Notes under the pieces: model-generated
What the model was told of the DNA's origin: nothing
What the model saw: only the letters and a program-made list of their open reading frames with translations
Database searches by the model: none
Assembly: GCA_902492065.1 (NCBI GenBank)
Contig: CABUKE010000001.1
Coordinates: 348,652 to 412,651, forward strand
Origin: an uncultured Eubacteriales bacterium
GTDB lineage: Bacteria > Bacillota > Clostridia > UBA1381 > UMGS1253
Reading direction: 5' to 3'
Length of the DNA stretch: 64,000 nucleotides
Translations under genes and position numbers: made by a program
Shown: positions 46,052 through 54,529 of the stretch, one piece after another
How positions within the stretch are numbered: the stretch's first letter is position 1
How the letters are laid out: each line of letters opens with the position of its first letter

Positions 46052-47020
46052 ATGGCACAACAGGGCATACAGATTGGCGGGCATGCGCTTTTGCAGGTGT
46101 TGCCGGGGCTTGACGGAGAATGCGTCAAGCTGTATATTTACATAAAATATCTGTCAGAGAAAAACGGCGGAGCGACCAGCGTTTCCGAAGTGGGACGCTT
46201 TTTAAGCATGCCTGAAGAAACGGTCGGGGAGGCTGTACGCGAGCTGGTACGGCAGGGGCTCGTGCGGCTCGGCGCGCAGGGCAGTCTGTCGCTCTGCCCG
46301 GAGGAGGGCGCACGCGTTTTGGCAGAGGAGCCGCCGGCCTACCGGCCCGGGGAAGTCGGCGCGATTTTAGAGTCGGACAAGCAGCTCTCCGATATGCTTG
46401 CGCTCGCGCAGAAAATACTGGGCAGGACGCTGTCCTACTCCGCTATTGAAAAGCTTTACGGGCTTTACGACTGGCTGGGGATGGCGCCGGAGCTGATTCT
46501 GCGCCTGCTTGAATATTGCGCGGAGCTTGGGAAAAAAGATATGCGCTATATCGAAAAGGTAGCGCTTTCCTGGCACGAGATGGGAATTGGTACTGTGGCG
46601 GAGGCAGAACGCTATATTGAACGGCAAAGCTACAAACGCACCTATCTGTATCAGATACAGAAGGAGTTTGGCATTGCGGACCGGAAGCTGACAGCGAGCG
46701 AGACGCGCTACATCGGCGAATGGTATACGATGGGTGTGCCGGTGGAGCTTGCAGCCTTTGCGTACGACTACAGCGTCACAAAGACCGGACGACTGGCAAT
46801 GGCGTATATAAATAAGGTACTGCAAGCATGGATGCAGGAAGGAATCCGCACGGCGGAGCAGGCGCAGGAGAGCCTTAGACGGCGCAGTACGGCGCAGCCG
46901 CAGGCAGGTGGGCCGAAACGGGCAAAACCCTTTGAGGTATACGGCTCCGGCCGCTACGACTACGAGGAGATTGACGCGCTTGCGCGGCGCAAGCTGAAGA
47001 AAATGATTGGGAAGGAGTAG
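46052..47020 (+). CDS. DnaD-domain replication initiation/helicase-loading protein (DnaB/DnaD-like)
   Basis: N-terminal winged-helix, then DnaD-type repeats (SAIEKLYGLYDWLGMAPELILRLLEYC; WHEMGIGTVAEAE; INKVLQAWMQEGIRTAEQAQ). Confidence 0.8.
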   Translation: MAQQGIQIGGHALLQVLPGLDGECVKLYIYIKYLSEKNGGATSVSEVGRFLSMPEETVGEAVRELVRQGLVRLGAQGSLSLCPEEGARVLAEEPPAYRPGEVGAILESDKQLSDMLALAQKILGRTLSYSAIEKLYGLYDWLGMAPELILRLLEYCAELGKKDMRYIEKVALSWHEMGIGTVAEAERYIERQSYKRTYLYQIQKEFGIADRKLTASETRYIGEWYTMGVPVELAAFAYDYSVTKTGRLAMAYINKVLQAWMQEGIRTAEQAQESLRRRSTAQPQAGGPKRAKPFEVYGSGRYDYEEIDALARRKLKKMIGKE

Positions 47021-47025
47021 GCGCG

Positions 47026-48018
47026 ATGGCTTACGAGCAGGAAATTTATAGAAAGGCGCTCAATGCCTATGAGGCGCAGCGCATGGTGGAGACGCGGGAA
47101 CGGAAGCAGCGGCTGTTCGAGGTGTACGACGCCTGTCCCGAGGTCAAGCAGATCGACGAGGAGATCGACCGCGTCGGGAGCGGCGCCGCGCTTGAGATAT
47201 TGAAAGACCCACAGAAGGCACCGACGATAGCGGACGATTTGAAGGAAAGCATGCAGATGCTGTCCGCCATGCGGGAGCGCGCGCTCGAAAAGGCCGGCTA
47301 CGAGAAGGACTATACCGACATGCGTTACCGCTGCAAGCTGTGCAAAGACGAAGGATACATCGATGGGAAACCATGCGAGTGCTTTAAGGCGTTTGTAAAA
47401 AAGGAGGCGTACCATGCCTCGAAGCTGTTTAACCTGTTTGAAACGCAGGGGTTTGACAAGTTTGACCTCTCGCTGTTTTCCGACACGGTCGACCAGAAGG
47501 CGGGCATTTCGCAGAAGGAGGCCATGGAGGAGGCGCTTGCCGTGTGCAGGGCGTTTGTGCGCAGCTTTGAACAGCCGGGCCCGGGGCTGTTCTTTTACGG
47601 CGGTGTGGGACTCGGAAAGACGTTTTTATCCACCTGCGTCGCAAAAGAACTGATTGACCGGGGGTACACGGTCATCTATCAGAGTGCGGCAAAGCTGTTT
47701 TCCTATTACAGCGACTATTTGTTCGGGCGGACGGACGCGGCGCGCGCCCGTGCGGAGTTTGACAGGCTGGCGGAGTGCGACTTGCTCATCATTGACGATT
47801 TAGGCAGCGAGGCGACAAACGCGCAGACGGTGTCGTTTTTGTTTGAACTGGTGAATGACCGGCTGCTGTCCGGCAAAAAGATGGTGATCAGTACGAATTA
47901 TTCTATCAATGAGATTGCAAAGGTGTATTCGGAGCGGCTGCATTCCCGCATTTTGGAGCATTTTACGCCGGTACGGTTTTTTGGCAGCGACGTGCGGCTC
48001 AAAAAAATGTTTGGATAG
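47026..48018 (+). CDS. DnaC/DnaI-like helicase loader ATPase
   Basis: N-terminal Cys cluster CKLCKDEGYIDGKPCEC, Walker A GGVGLGKTF and Walker B LLIIDDLG. Confidence 0.85.
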   Translation: MAYEQEIYRKALNAYEAQRMVETRERKQRLFEVYDACPEVKQIDEEIDRVGSGAALEILKDPQKAPTIADDLKESMQMLSAMRERALEKAGYEKDYTDMRYRCKLCKDEGYIDGKPCECFKAFVKKEAYHASKLFNLFETQGFDKFDLSLFSDTVDQKAGISQKEAMEEALAVCRAFVRSFEQPGPGLFFYGGVGLGKTFLSTCVAKELIDRGYTVIYQSAAKLFSYYSDYLFGRTDAARARAEFDRLAECDLLIIDDLGSEATNAQTVSFLFELVNDRLLSGKKMVISTNYSINEIAKVYSERLHSRILEHFTPVRFFGSDVRLKKMFG

Positions 48019-48094
48019 ATAAGGGAAAGCGTCTGCATGATTTACGTGGAACCGACATATGAATAGGAGGCGGGAGGTGGACGCTGTGGCAAAT

Positions 48095-49255
48095 ATGCTC
48101 GATTATATACAATGGCGTGGCGACCTGGGCTTTTTGCAGTCTGGTATAAATGTTGTCGACAGCCTGATTTTGTCCTGCTTGTCTTATGTAGGGTTCGACG
48201 GCATTGCCGGCGCAGATGGCGAAGCGCCTATTTCGCTTCGGGAGGCGGCGGAGCGGTATTTTGCTCAGCCGCAGGAGAAAAGGCATCTGCGTACGCCGGA
48301 GGACGAGGACCTGCTCTGCGCCGCGGCGGGTTGCCGCCGGTTTCAGAATATATTGCTGACGCGCTATGTCAACCATGTCGACGGCGACGCGCAGACACAG
48401 TTTGCGGCGATTACCATTTATCTGGAGGATGGGACGACGTTCGTTTCATTCCGTGGGACGGATAATACGCTGGTCGGGTGGAAAGAGGACTTTAATATGA
48501 GTTTTCTTACGCCTGTACCGGCGCAGCGGTGCGCGGTTGCATACTTGGAGCAGGTCGGCTCGGTAGAAAAGCTGTATATTGGCGGCCATTCCAAAGGCGG
48601 AAACCTTGCTGTTTTTGCCGCATCCTATTGCCGCAGTGAGATTCAGGCGTGCATCCAGGCCGTTTACAACCACGATGGGCCGGGGTTTGACGCACGCGTG
48701 CTTACGAGCGGGGGATATCTGGCTGTGCGGGACCGGACCCATACTTTCGTTCCACAGTCGTCCGTAGTTGGGATGCTGCTTGAGCACGAGGAAAACTATA
48801 CGGTCGTTCACAGCGTACAGCGCGGCTTTATGCAGCATGACCCGTATTCATGGGAAGTACTTGGAACCGACTTTGTGCGTCTTGACACGGTGACAAATGG
48901 AAGCCGCTTTATGGACCAGTCGCTCAATGCTTGGGCTAAGGAGATGGATGTATCCCAACGGGAGCAGTTGTTCGACATTCTGTACCGCGTATTGATGGCG
49001 ACAAATGCGGAAAAGGTAACAGAGCTGAGCGAAGGATGGCTGAAAAATGCGGTGGTGATTCTGCGCTCGTTTAATAATATCGATGAAGAATCGCGGCAGT
49101 TTGTGTTTCGTATGCTGTCGCTTTTGCTCCAGTCGGCGCGGGATAATGTATCGCTGTTTTTGCCAAAGCCGCCAGTTTCGACGCCGCATAATGAAGGAAA
49201 AAAGAAACGGCCTAAAAGTGTAGGGAAAAAACAGAATAGATCTAAGAAAGGATAA
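48095..49255 (+). CDS. DUF2974 / Mbeg1-like alpha/beta-hydrolase-fold protein
   Basis: MLDYIQWRGDLGF N-terminus, nucleophile elbow GGHSKGGNLA and a lysine-rich C-terminal tail. The start is uncertain (48059 or 48095). Confidence 0.65.
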   Translation: MLDYIQWRGDLGFLQSGINVVDSLILSCLSYVGFDGIAGADGEAPISLREAAERYFAQPQEKRHLRTPEDEDLLCAAAGCRRFQNILLTRYVNHVDGDAQTQFAAITIYLEDGTTFVSFRGTDNTLVGWKEDFNMSFLTPVPAQRCAVAYLEQVGSVEKLYIGGHSKGGNLAVFAASYCRSEIQACIQAVYNHDGPGFDARVLTSGGYLAVRDRTHTFVPQSSVVGMLLEHEENYTVVHSVQRGFMQHDPYSWEVLGTDFVRLDTVTNGSRFMDQSLNAWAKEMDVSQREQLFDILYRVLMATNAEKVTELSEGWLKNAVVILRSFNNIDEESRQFVFRMLSLLLQSARDNVSLFLPKPPVSTPHNEGKKKRPKSVGKKQNRSKKG

Positions 49256-49256
49256 G

Positions 49257-49284
49257 AAAAGAGCCTGCATATGCAGGCTCTTTT
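49257..49284. terminator. Bidirectional rho-independent terminator
   Basis: Perfect palindrome gagcctgcat/atgcaggctc flanked by A4 and T4. Confidence 0.8.
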
Positions 49285-49302
49285 GATTTGTGAAAATAGC
49301 GT

Positions 49303-49713
49303 TTACCAACTGTCGTTCCATTTGAAAAACGAGTATAGGCATTCAAAAAGGACAACCTGTACGAGATAAATACACCCCAAAATGATTGAAATTTCCTTTT
49401 CTCCTAATATCGCCAGGATGAAAAAGCCAATTATTTCCGCTGTAACCGTAACATAAAATGCATAATACGCGGCTTTCATCCGGCAGTCACAGGAAAAATC
49501 CGAATGTGCTTCTTCATATTCTTCCTTACGCTTTAAGTAACGCTTTTTACTGCATCCGTCACAAAGTAGGATAATTGTGTACATCAATGCCACACCGATG
49601 GAACTGCCAATAATGGATGTGTCCCAATGAAATACAAAGCTCGATATGACAATCAGGATGATAAGAATTGCCTGAATGGTTCGCCAGCGAAGTTCTTTTT
49701 TGAACAGCCACAT
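49303..49713 (-). CDS. Four-TM membrane protein with CDGC and CDC motifs, unknown function
   Basis: 136 aa. The SD gggggaaggaag lies 21 nt after the stop of the upstream heparinase-like gene. The cytoplasmic loop is CDGCSKKRYLKRKEEYEEAHSDFSCDC. GC is visibly low. Confidence 0.55.
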   Translation of the reverse strand: MWLFKKELRWRTIQAILIILIVISSFVFHWDTSIIGSSIGVALMYTIILLCDGCSKKRYLKRKEEYEEAHSDFSCDCRMKAAYYAFYVTVTAEIIGFFILAILGEKEISIILGCIYLVQVVLFECLYSFFKWNDSW

Positions 49714-49734
49714 CTTCCTTCCCCCTCTTCATTA

Positions 49735-52665
49735 TCACAGCTCAACAGGGCTGAGTGTCACTTGTAAGTTGAACGAGCCGGATGCGTCCGGGATATGGAT
49801 TTGAAGTTTTCTGATATTTCCGTTTGCGTTTTGCCCATCCGGGTGGGGCGAGCTTTCCAGCGGCTTTGCATCCGCCGCCTCAAAAGTTCCCTCGCCTTGC
49901 GTGATATAGACGTACAGTTTTTTACCATTTTGCTGTAATACAGCGCTTCTGCCGTCCGCCGCAATCTGTATGGATGCCTTTGTGTGCATAAACCAGTACA
50001 GGTCGTTCGTTGTACCGGCTTTAAACTCGAGTGTATCAGTGATATCGCACCGCCCGGTCAGCTTATCGAGCCGGATCGAACGCGTCGCGCTATCGGTATA
50101 CTGCCCGTATATCGGCTGCATGTCAATCTCGCCCGCGCCCACGGTATCGCCCGGCGTATAGGAGCTGATTGTCGCCGTCGTGTCGAGCGGCTGGTCGGCG
50201 GGTTTCGACGGATTAGTATTGGGATTGATAACAATTGTATTGTGCCCTTCGCCGCGGTTCCGGTAGTAGACCCACCGGCCATTGGTTGCATTGCTGTTGT
50301 TGAAGTACCCGGGTAAATTGTAATTGTCGTTGCCAATGTCGATTGCCCAGCGCACGCCGTTTGCCTCATAAACGAAATTGCCTGCGTCAATATGCCCGTG
50401 GTTGATTCCGTTCTTCCCACCGTGCAGTGCGGCAAAAAACACCTGATCCGTAAAATACTCATTGCGGAAGGTCATCAGCTCCATGTCGCGGAACGCAAAG
50501 TCGAGCTGCATATCGTCGAGCGAGCCGTCTCCAATCAAAGCGGGGTCGTACCACAGAAGGTCGTGAATCGACGGCGTACGCTTCTGCGTCTGGAGCTGGT
50601 AGTAGCGGTACTTGGCCGCCGTTGTGTCGCCGAACTGGGCGGCAAGGTAGAACAGCTCCGGCGGCGTGAGCTTCCCCTCCGACGCATCGTTGAGGTTTAC
50701 GGTGTTGTTCTGGCCTGTAACGCCAATTGCAAAGTGTGCCGTCTTGTCGATTCCCTCGCTGGAAAGATAGCCGTAATCTGTACCGGTTGCCGTTTGCAGC
50801 GCGCTGAAATACATCGACATGTACCGCACTGTATAGTGCCAATAGCCCGGCCCCTCGTACCATGCGCCATCCGGCGCGAAGTGGACGATGCTCTTTTCGA
50901 TTGCGCGAAGCCCCTTTTCGAGCACATAACCGCACAAATCGGCATATTCTTCTTCGTCACCAAGCGCCAGCGCGCCGAGCGCAACGCCGCCGTTGCAGAC
51001 AAACGACCAGTTGTTGTCCGTTGTCGTCCACCAGTCGTCCACGGTGGCCGTTCCGTTAAAGGCTTTCTGCGCCTGTACGAGTCCCATGTTCACCAGTGCA
51101 TCTACGAGCATTTCTTTCTGCGCGGCGTTTTCGGGCCGCTGCCAATAGTCATAGCACCAGTCGTATGCCAGTGCCGTCCCGCGAATCAGCGCCGCTGTAT
51201 CGAGGAAGTGCTTCGGGTTCCAGTCCGGCCAGTTTGCACAGTTTTCAATCTCTTTGACGAGCTGCTCCATATAATCATCTGTGCCTTCAATGCTGTACAC
51301 AAAAGCGAGCTTCATTATCCGGTCCGCCGCTGTTTCTGCGGATTGGAGCCGTAGCTCATCCGAGTCATCGTAGGATGGAAACTTGGTGCTGCCAAGCAGC
51401 TTATCCGCCTCCTTTTTGACGCTTGCATACCAGGTTTTATACGGTTCCTGCGTCTTGCAGGCCGTTTTTAGAAATGTAAGTTTATCCTGGGTCATTAATA
51501 GGCGTGGATGTGCGTTGTTTGGACTATGCTCCTTTAAATCGTGGAGAATCTCCTCTGCAAAGGGCTGCGTGTACGTGCTTTGTGCAAATGTTGTGGCATA
51601 TGTCAAAGGCGTGAGGAAATCATTCCCGTCAAACAAAAGCAGCTTTAGCTTGTCGCCTTCGTTTAACGTGTCGAGCTTAAATTGTGCAGTCAGGTCGACG
51701 CTTTCTCCAGCGGACAGCGCTTTTGTCTCGGAGAAGAAAACCCCTCTCATGCCGCCGCTGCTGTCATACACAGCCGCTACAAGGCGTACCTTCTGCTCTG
51801 CCTGAGAAAAGTTTTCAATATTGACCGATGCGGTCAGGTCGCCGGCCTTTAAGCTGCTCAGCTCCCGCATCTGACCGTCGATCGTTTTATACAGTGCCTT
51901 ATCCGAGATAATAAACCGGCCGTCAAAGGAATCAAACGGAGAAAAGCGGATATCGTCGAGGTCGTACTTTGTCACAGCGCCCGTTCCGCCGCTGCCATAC
52001 TCCTGAAACCGCAGAGAGCAGCTTCTGTAATTATAATTTTTCAGCTTGTCTGTGCCGGTTGTTGTGCCAGTCAGCGTAGCTTTCAGAACATTGTCGCGGT
52101 ATATCCTGATGTTGTCCTCCAAAATGTTCATGTCAATCCGGATTTCAGTCCACTCTGTCGGGGAAAAGGTCTCCTTCACAGAGCCGGGATACTCCTTCCC
52201 GTATGTAATTAAACCGTTGCCATTATTAAAAGAAAGTAACTCCACCGTGCCGTTCCCTGCGTTTGTGTTGTCATCGCGCAGTGCAATACTGATATTACCG
52301 TTTGCGGAAACGGAGCGGATCCGAAAACTGATTTGGGTCCGCAGCGTCAAATCCCGGGGCGTACTCGTTTGGATATAGACGTCGTTTGAGGCTTGGGAGG
52401 CAAGCACCGTTTTTGCTATTTCAAGATACTGATTTGATGTTCCGCCCACGTTTTCTTTCTGAATTATAATGCTGCCGCCGTCGCTTTCCTTTTCGACTAT
52501 GCTGAAGCCTGGCATGACCGGCGTTTCTCCGGCGATGAAGGACGAATCCTCAAAGTCGAACCACAGCCCGTCGGCATCCGCAGCAATTCCGCTGGAACAA
52601 AAAACAAGGCATAGAACGAGACAAAGAATACCTACGCCGGATACTTTTTTTCCCCAGTTTTTCAT
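49735..52665 (-). CDS. Secreted/lipoprotein 976-aa heparinase II/III-like (polysaccharide lyase-like) protein
   Basis: Signal peptide with Cys (LVFCSSG), a ConA/LamG-like N-terminal module, an Ig-like module, then HPRLLMTQDKLTFLK ... INHGHIDAGNFVYEANGVRWAIDIG heparinase II/III motifs. Confidence 0.75.
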   Translation of the reverse strand: MKNWGKKVSGVGILCLVLCLVFCSSGIAADADGLWFDFEDSSFIAGETPVMPGFSIVEKESDGGSIIIQKENVGGTSNQYLEIAKTVLASQASNDVYIQTSTPRDLTLRTQISFRIRSVSANGNISIALRDDNTNAGNGTVELLSFNNGNGLITYGKEYPGSVKETFSPTEWTEIRIDMNILEDNIRIYRDNVLKATLTGTTTGTDKLKNYNYRSCSLRFQEYGSGGTGAVTKYDLDDIRFSPFDSFDGRFIISDKALYKTIDGQMRELSSLKAGDLTASVNIENFSQAEQKVRLVAAVYDSSGGMRGVFFSETKALSAGESVDLTAQFKLDTLNEGDKLKLLLFDGNDFLTPLTYATTFAQSTYTQPFAEEILHDLKEHSPNNAHPRLLMTQDKLTFLKTACKTQEPYKTWYASVKKEADKLLGSTKFPSYDDSDELRLQSAETAADRIMKLAFVYSIEGTDDYMEQLVKEIENCANWPDWNPKHFLDTAALIRGTALAYDWCYDYWQRPENAAQKEMLVDALVNMGLVQAQKAFNGTATVDDWWTTTDNNWSFVCNGGVALGALALGDEEEYADLCGYVLEKGLRAIEKSIVHFAPDGAWYEGPGYWHYTVRYMSMYFSALQTATGTDYGYLSSEGIDKTAHFAIGVTGQNNTVNLNDASEGKLTPPELFYLAAQFGDTTAAKYRYYQLQTQKRTPSIHDLLWYDPALIGDGSLDDMQLDFAFRDMELMTFRNEYFTDQVFFAALHGGKNGINHGHIDAGNFVYEANGVRWAIDIGNDNYNLPGYFNNSNATNGRWVYYRNRGEGHNTIVINPNTNPSKPADQPLDTTATISSYTPGDTVGAGEIDMQPIYGQYTDSATRSIRLDKLTGRCDITDTLEFKAGTTNDLYWFMHTKASIQIAADGRSAVLQQNGKKLYVYITQGEGTFEAADAKPLESSPHPDGQNANGNIRKLQIHIPDASGSFNLQVTLSPVEL

Positions 52666-52846
52666 ATGTTTCCTCCTTAAATAAAATCAGTTTCCTGCAA
52701 GCCTGTATGGAGTGATACCAGCGATTCAAGTCCTGCACGAAACAGACTGTTTTTGTTTCTTTTTAACAAAAATATGAAAACAGATATCACAATTATAGCA
52801 CAAAGGAGCGAAAAAGTCGAGCGTAGATATAAAATTTTAGGACATC

Positions 52847-52886
52847 AAAAAGCGGAATCTCCGCTGTAGCAGAGTCTCCGCTTTTT
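52847..52886. terminator. Bidirectional terminator-like hairpin
   Basis: aaaaagcgga...tccgcttttt, with an alternative inner hairpin gcgga atc tccgc. Confidence 0.6.
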
Positions 52887-52925
52887 GATAATTATTTTGC
52901 GCGGGGCAAAGTGCAACCCGCATCT

Positions 52926-53201
52926 TTATAAGTCCTGTAAATCCGCCGCTGAAAGATCGTTTTCAAGATTATCTCTTGCCAAATCCGAATCAATGGCTGA
53001 ATATGCCGGAGAAACCGGCCTTTCCGCTGCGTGGGGCTTACTATGATAAACCTTTTGGGATGAGCCGGCCGTACCCGCAATGATGGGGTTTGCCTGTGTC
53101 TTTCTCTGCTTTGCTTTCCCTTGAATTTCGGGTACTGGGGATACATCGTTTTTCGGCGCTGTATGTGTGCGCTCGATTCGTTTCATTCCTTGCTTTGCCA
53201 T
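52926..53201 (-). CDS. Small charged protein of unknown function (91 aa)
   Basis: SD gaggtga lies 7 nt upstream. The N-terminal half is basic and the C-terminus acidic (DSDLARDNLENDLSAADLQDL). No family was recognised. Confidence 0.45.
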   Translation of the reverse strand: MAKQGMKRIERTHTAPKNDVSPVPEIQGKAKQRKTQANPIIAGTAGSSQKVYHSKPHAAERPVSPAYSAIDSDLARDNLENDLSAADLQDL

Positions 53202-53355
53202 GAAAAATCACCTCATAGGTAGTATTTCACCTGAAAAAATATTTATGTGGTGAAGATTTAAAAAGCGCCCTTTTGTAAAAGGAAGCAAAGAAGTCAAAGA
53301 ATGAATAGTTTTTCATAAGAGGAGGAACGATGGAGCGTGTGCCTGATTTTTGTGC

Positions 53356-53390
53356 AAATAAAAATCGGAACGGAGCAAAGTCCGTTCCGA
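53356..53390 (-). terminator. Rho-independent terminator of the tRNA-Leu gene
   Basis: Perfect 10-bp stem tcggaacgga/tccgttccga, followed on the minus strand by ttttattt. Confidence 0.8.
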
Positions 53391-53392
53391 TA

Positions 53393-53476
53393 TGGTGCGA
53401 GTGATGGGACTTGAACCCATACGCCATAAGCACACGCCCCTCAAACGTGCCTGTCTGCCGATTCCAGCACACTCGC
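53393..53476 (-). tRNA. tRNA-Leu (anticodon GAG), class II with long variable arm, CCA encoded
   Basis: The reverse complement folds as follows: acceptor GCGAGTG/CACTCGC; anticodon stem CACGT/GCGTG; loop TTGAGGG (U33, GAG, G37); T-arm GGGTTCAAGTCCC; 3' ACCA. Confidence 0.9.
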
Positions 53477-53490
53477 AAACAACGAAACTT

Positions 53491-53519
53491 ATTATACATT
53501 GTTTTATTGCTTTTGTCAA
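53491..53519 (-). promoter_or_regulatory. Consensus sigma-A promoter (TTGACA-17-TATAAT) driving tRNA-Leu
   Basis: Reverse complement of 53514-53519 and 53491-53496. The -10 ends about 14 nt before the mature 5' end. Confidence 0.65.
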
Positions 53520-53584
53520 CCCTTGTATTTAATTTTTTTCTGTGCTACAATACAAATAATTGAGCTGGCTTTGGAGGGCATTGC

Positions 53585-54121
53585 ATGGATACATTTATTG
53601 AGTATATGGTAAAGAAAAAAAAGACCGGCATGGATATGCTTAAAATTTTGGGAGCAATTGCAGGTGCAATTGTTTTGTGCATTATTCTCGGTTTTCTGGT
53701 TACGATAACGGCGCAGATGCTGTTTCTGCTCTGGTTTGCCCTTGCTGTGGCAGTATGGTACGGCGTCTATATTATTGTTTCCCGCCAGAACATTGAATAT
53801 GAATATACATTTACAAACGGCGAGCTTGATATTGATGTTATTTACTCCAAGCGGCGGCGCGTCCACCTATTGACGCTCCGCGTCAAGGAGTTTACAATTT
53901 GTGCTCCGGCCTATGATGAACGGTTTAAAGAACAGTACTTGAATGTTTCTGGTATCAAACGGTATTACAATGCGGTAAGCCGGATGGACAGCGAAGCCGT
54001 CTATTTTGCAGATTTTCTGCTCAATGGGGACAAGATGCGGCTGTTTTTTGAGCCTTCCGGGAAAATGATTGAGGCAATTAAGCGGTTTAATATGCGTAAT
54101 GTACATGTGCGCGGCCAGTAG
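53585..54121 (+). CDS. Membrane protein of unknown function (two N-terminal TM segments)
   Basis: 178 aa, KILGAIAGAIVLCIILGFLV...LWFALAVAVWYGVYIIV followed by a soluble domain. No family was recognised. Confidence 0.5.
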   Translation: MDTFIEYMVKKKKTGMDMLKILGAIAGAIVLCIILGFLVTITAQMLFLLWFALAVAVWYGVYIIVSRQNIEYEYTFTNGELDIDVIYSKRRRVHLLTLRVKEFTICAPAYDERFKEQYLNVSGIKRYYNAVSRMDSEAVYFADFLLNGDKMRLFFEPSGKMIEAIKRFNMRNVHVRGQ

Positions 54122-54153
54122 GCACAATTGTTTAGGATGAGAGTGTGAAACGG

Positions 54154-54522
54154 ATGATTGTTGGAATTGGGACGGACCTTGTCGAGGTCGGCAGAATCCG
54201 GAATGCGTTGGATAATTGCCGCTTTCTGGAAAAGTGCTTTAGCGCAGAGGAACGGGAGCTTTTAGATGCCAAAAATGATCCTGCGCCAAGTGCGGCAAAC
54301 AACTTTGCGGCAAAGGAAGCCTTCTCCAAGGCGCTCGGCACAGGCGTGCGCGGGTTTGCACTCTGTGAGGTTGCGGTCCTGCGCGACGCACTGGGCAAGC
54401 CCTATATCTGCCTAAGTGGAAAAGCGGAAGCTGCGGCGCAGGTGCACGGTGTGGAGCGGATTCATGTGTCGCTGACCAACACGGAGGCATATGCGTCCGC
54501 ATTTGTCGTATTGGAAGGATGA
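54154..54522 (+). CDS. acpS: Holo-[acyl-carrier-protein] synthase
   Basis: MIVGIGTDLVEV, FAAKEAFSKALGTG and SLTNT. An alternative GTG start is at 54145. Confidence 0.92.
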   Translation: MIVGIGTDLVEVGRIRNALDNCRFLEKCFSAEERELLDAKNDPAPSAANNFAAKEAFSKALGTGVRGFALCEVAVLRDALGKPYICLSGKAEAAAQVHGVERIHVSLTNTEAYASAFVVLEG

Positions 54523-54529
54523 AGTTGAT

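Noticed and set aside
46052-48018. The DnaD-like plus DnaC/IstB-like ATPase pair as a prophage or IS remnant.
   Set aside because: There are no integrase, transposase, repeat boundaries or phage genes nearby, and composition looks native. In Clostridia this pair is the chromosomal helicase-loading system.
53330-53404. A 24-codon plus-strand ORF with a near-perfect SD (agaggagg, 4-nt spacing): MERVPDFCANKNRNGAKSVPIWCE.
   Set aside because: It runs through the tRNA-Leu terminator hairpin and into the 3' end of the tRNA gene on the opposite strand. No promoter is evident, and the sequence is constrained by the RNA elements. It is most likely a coincidence.
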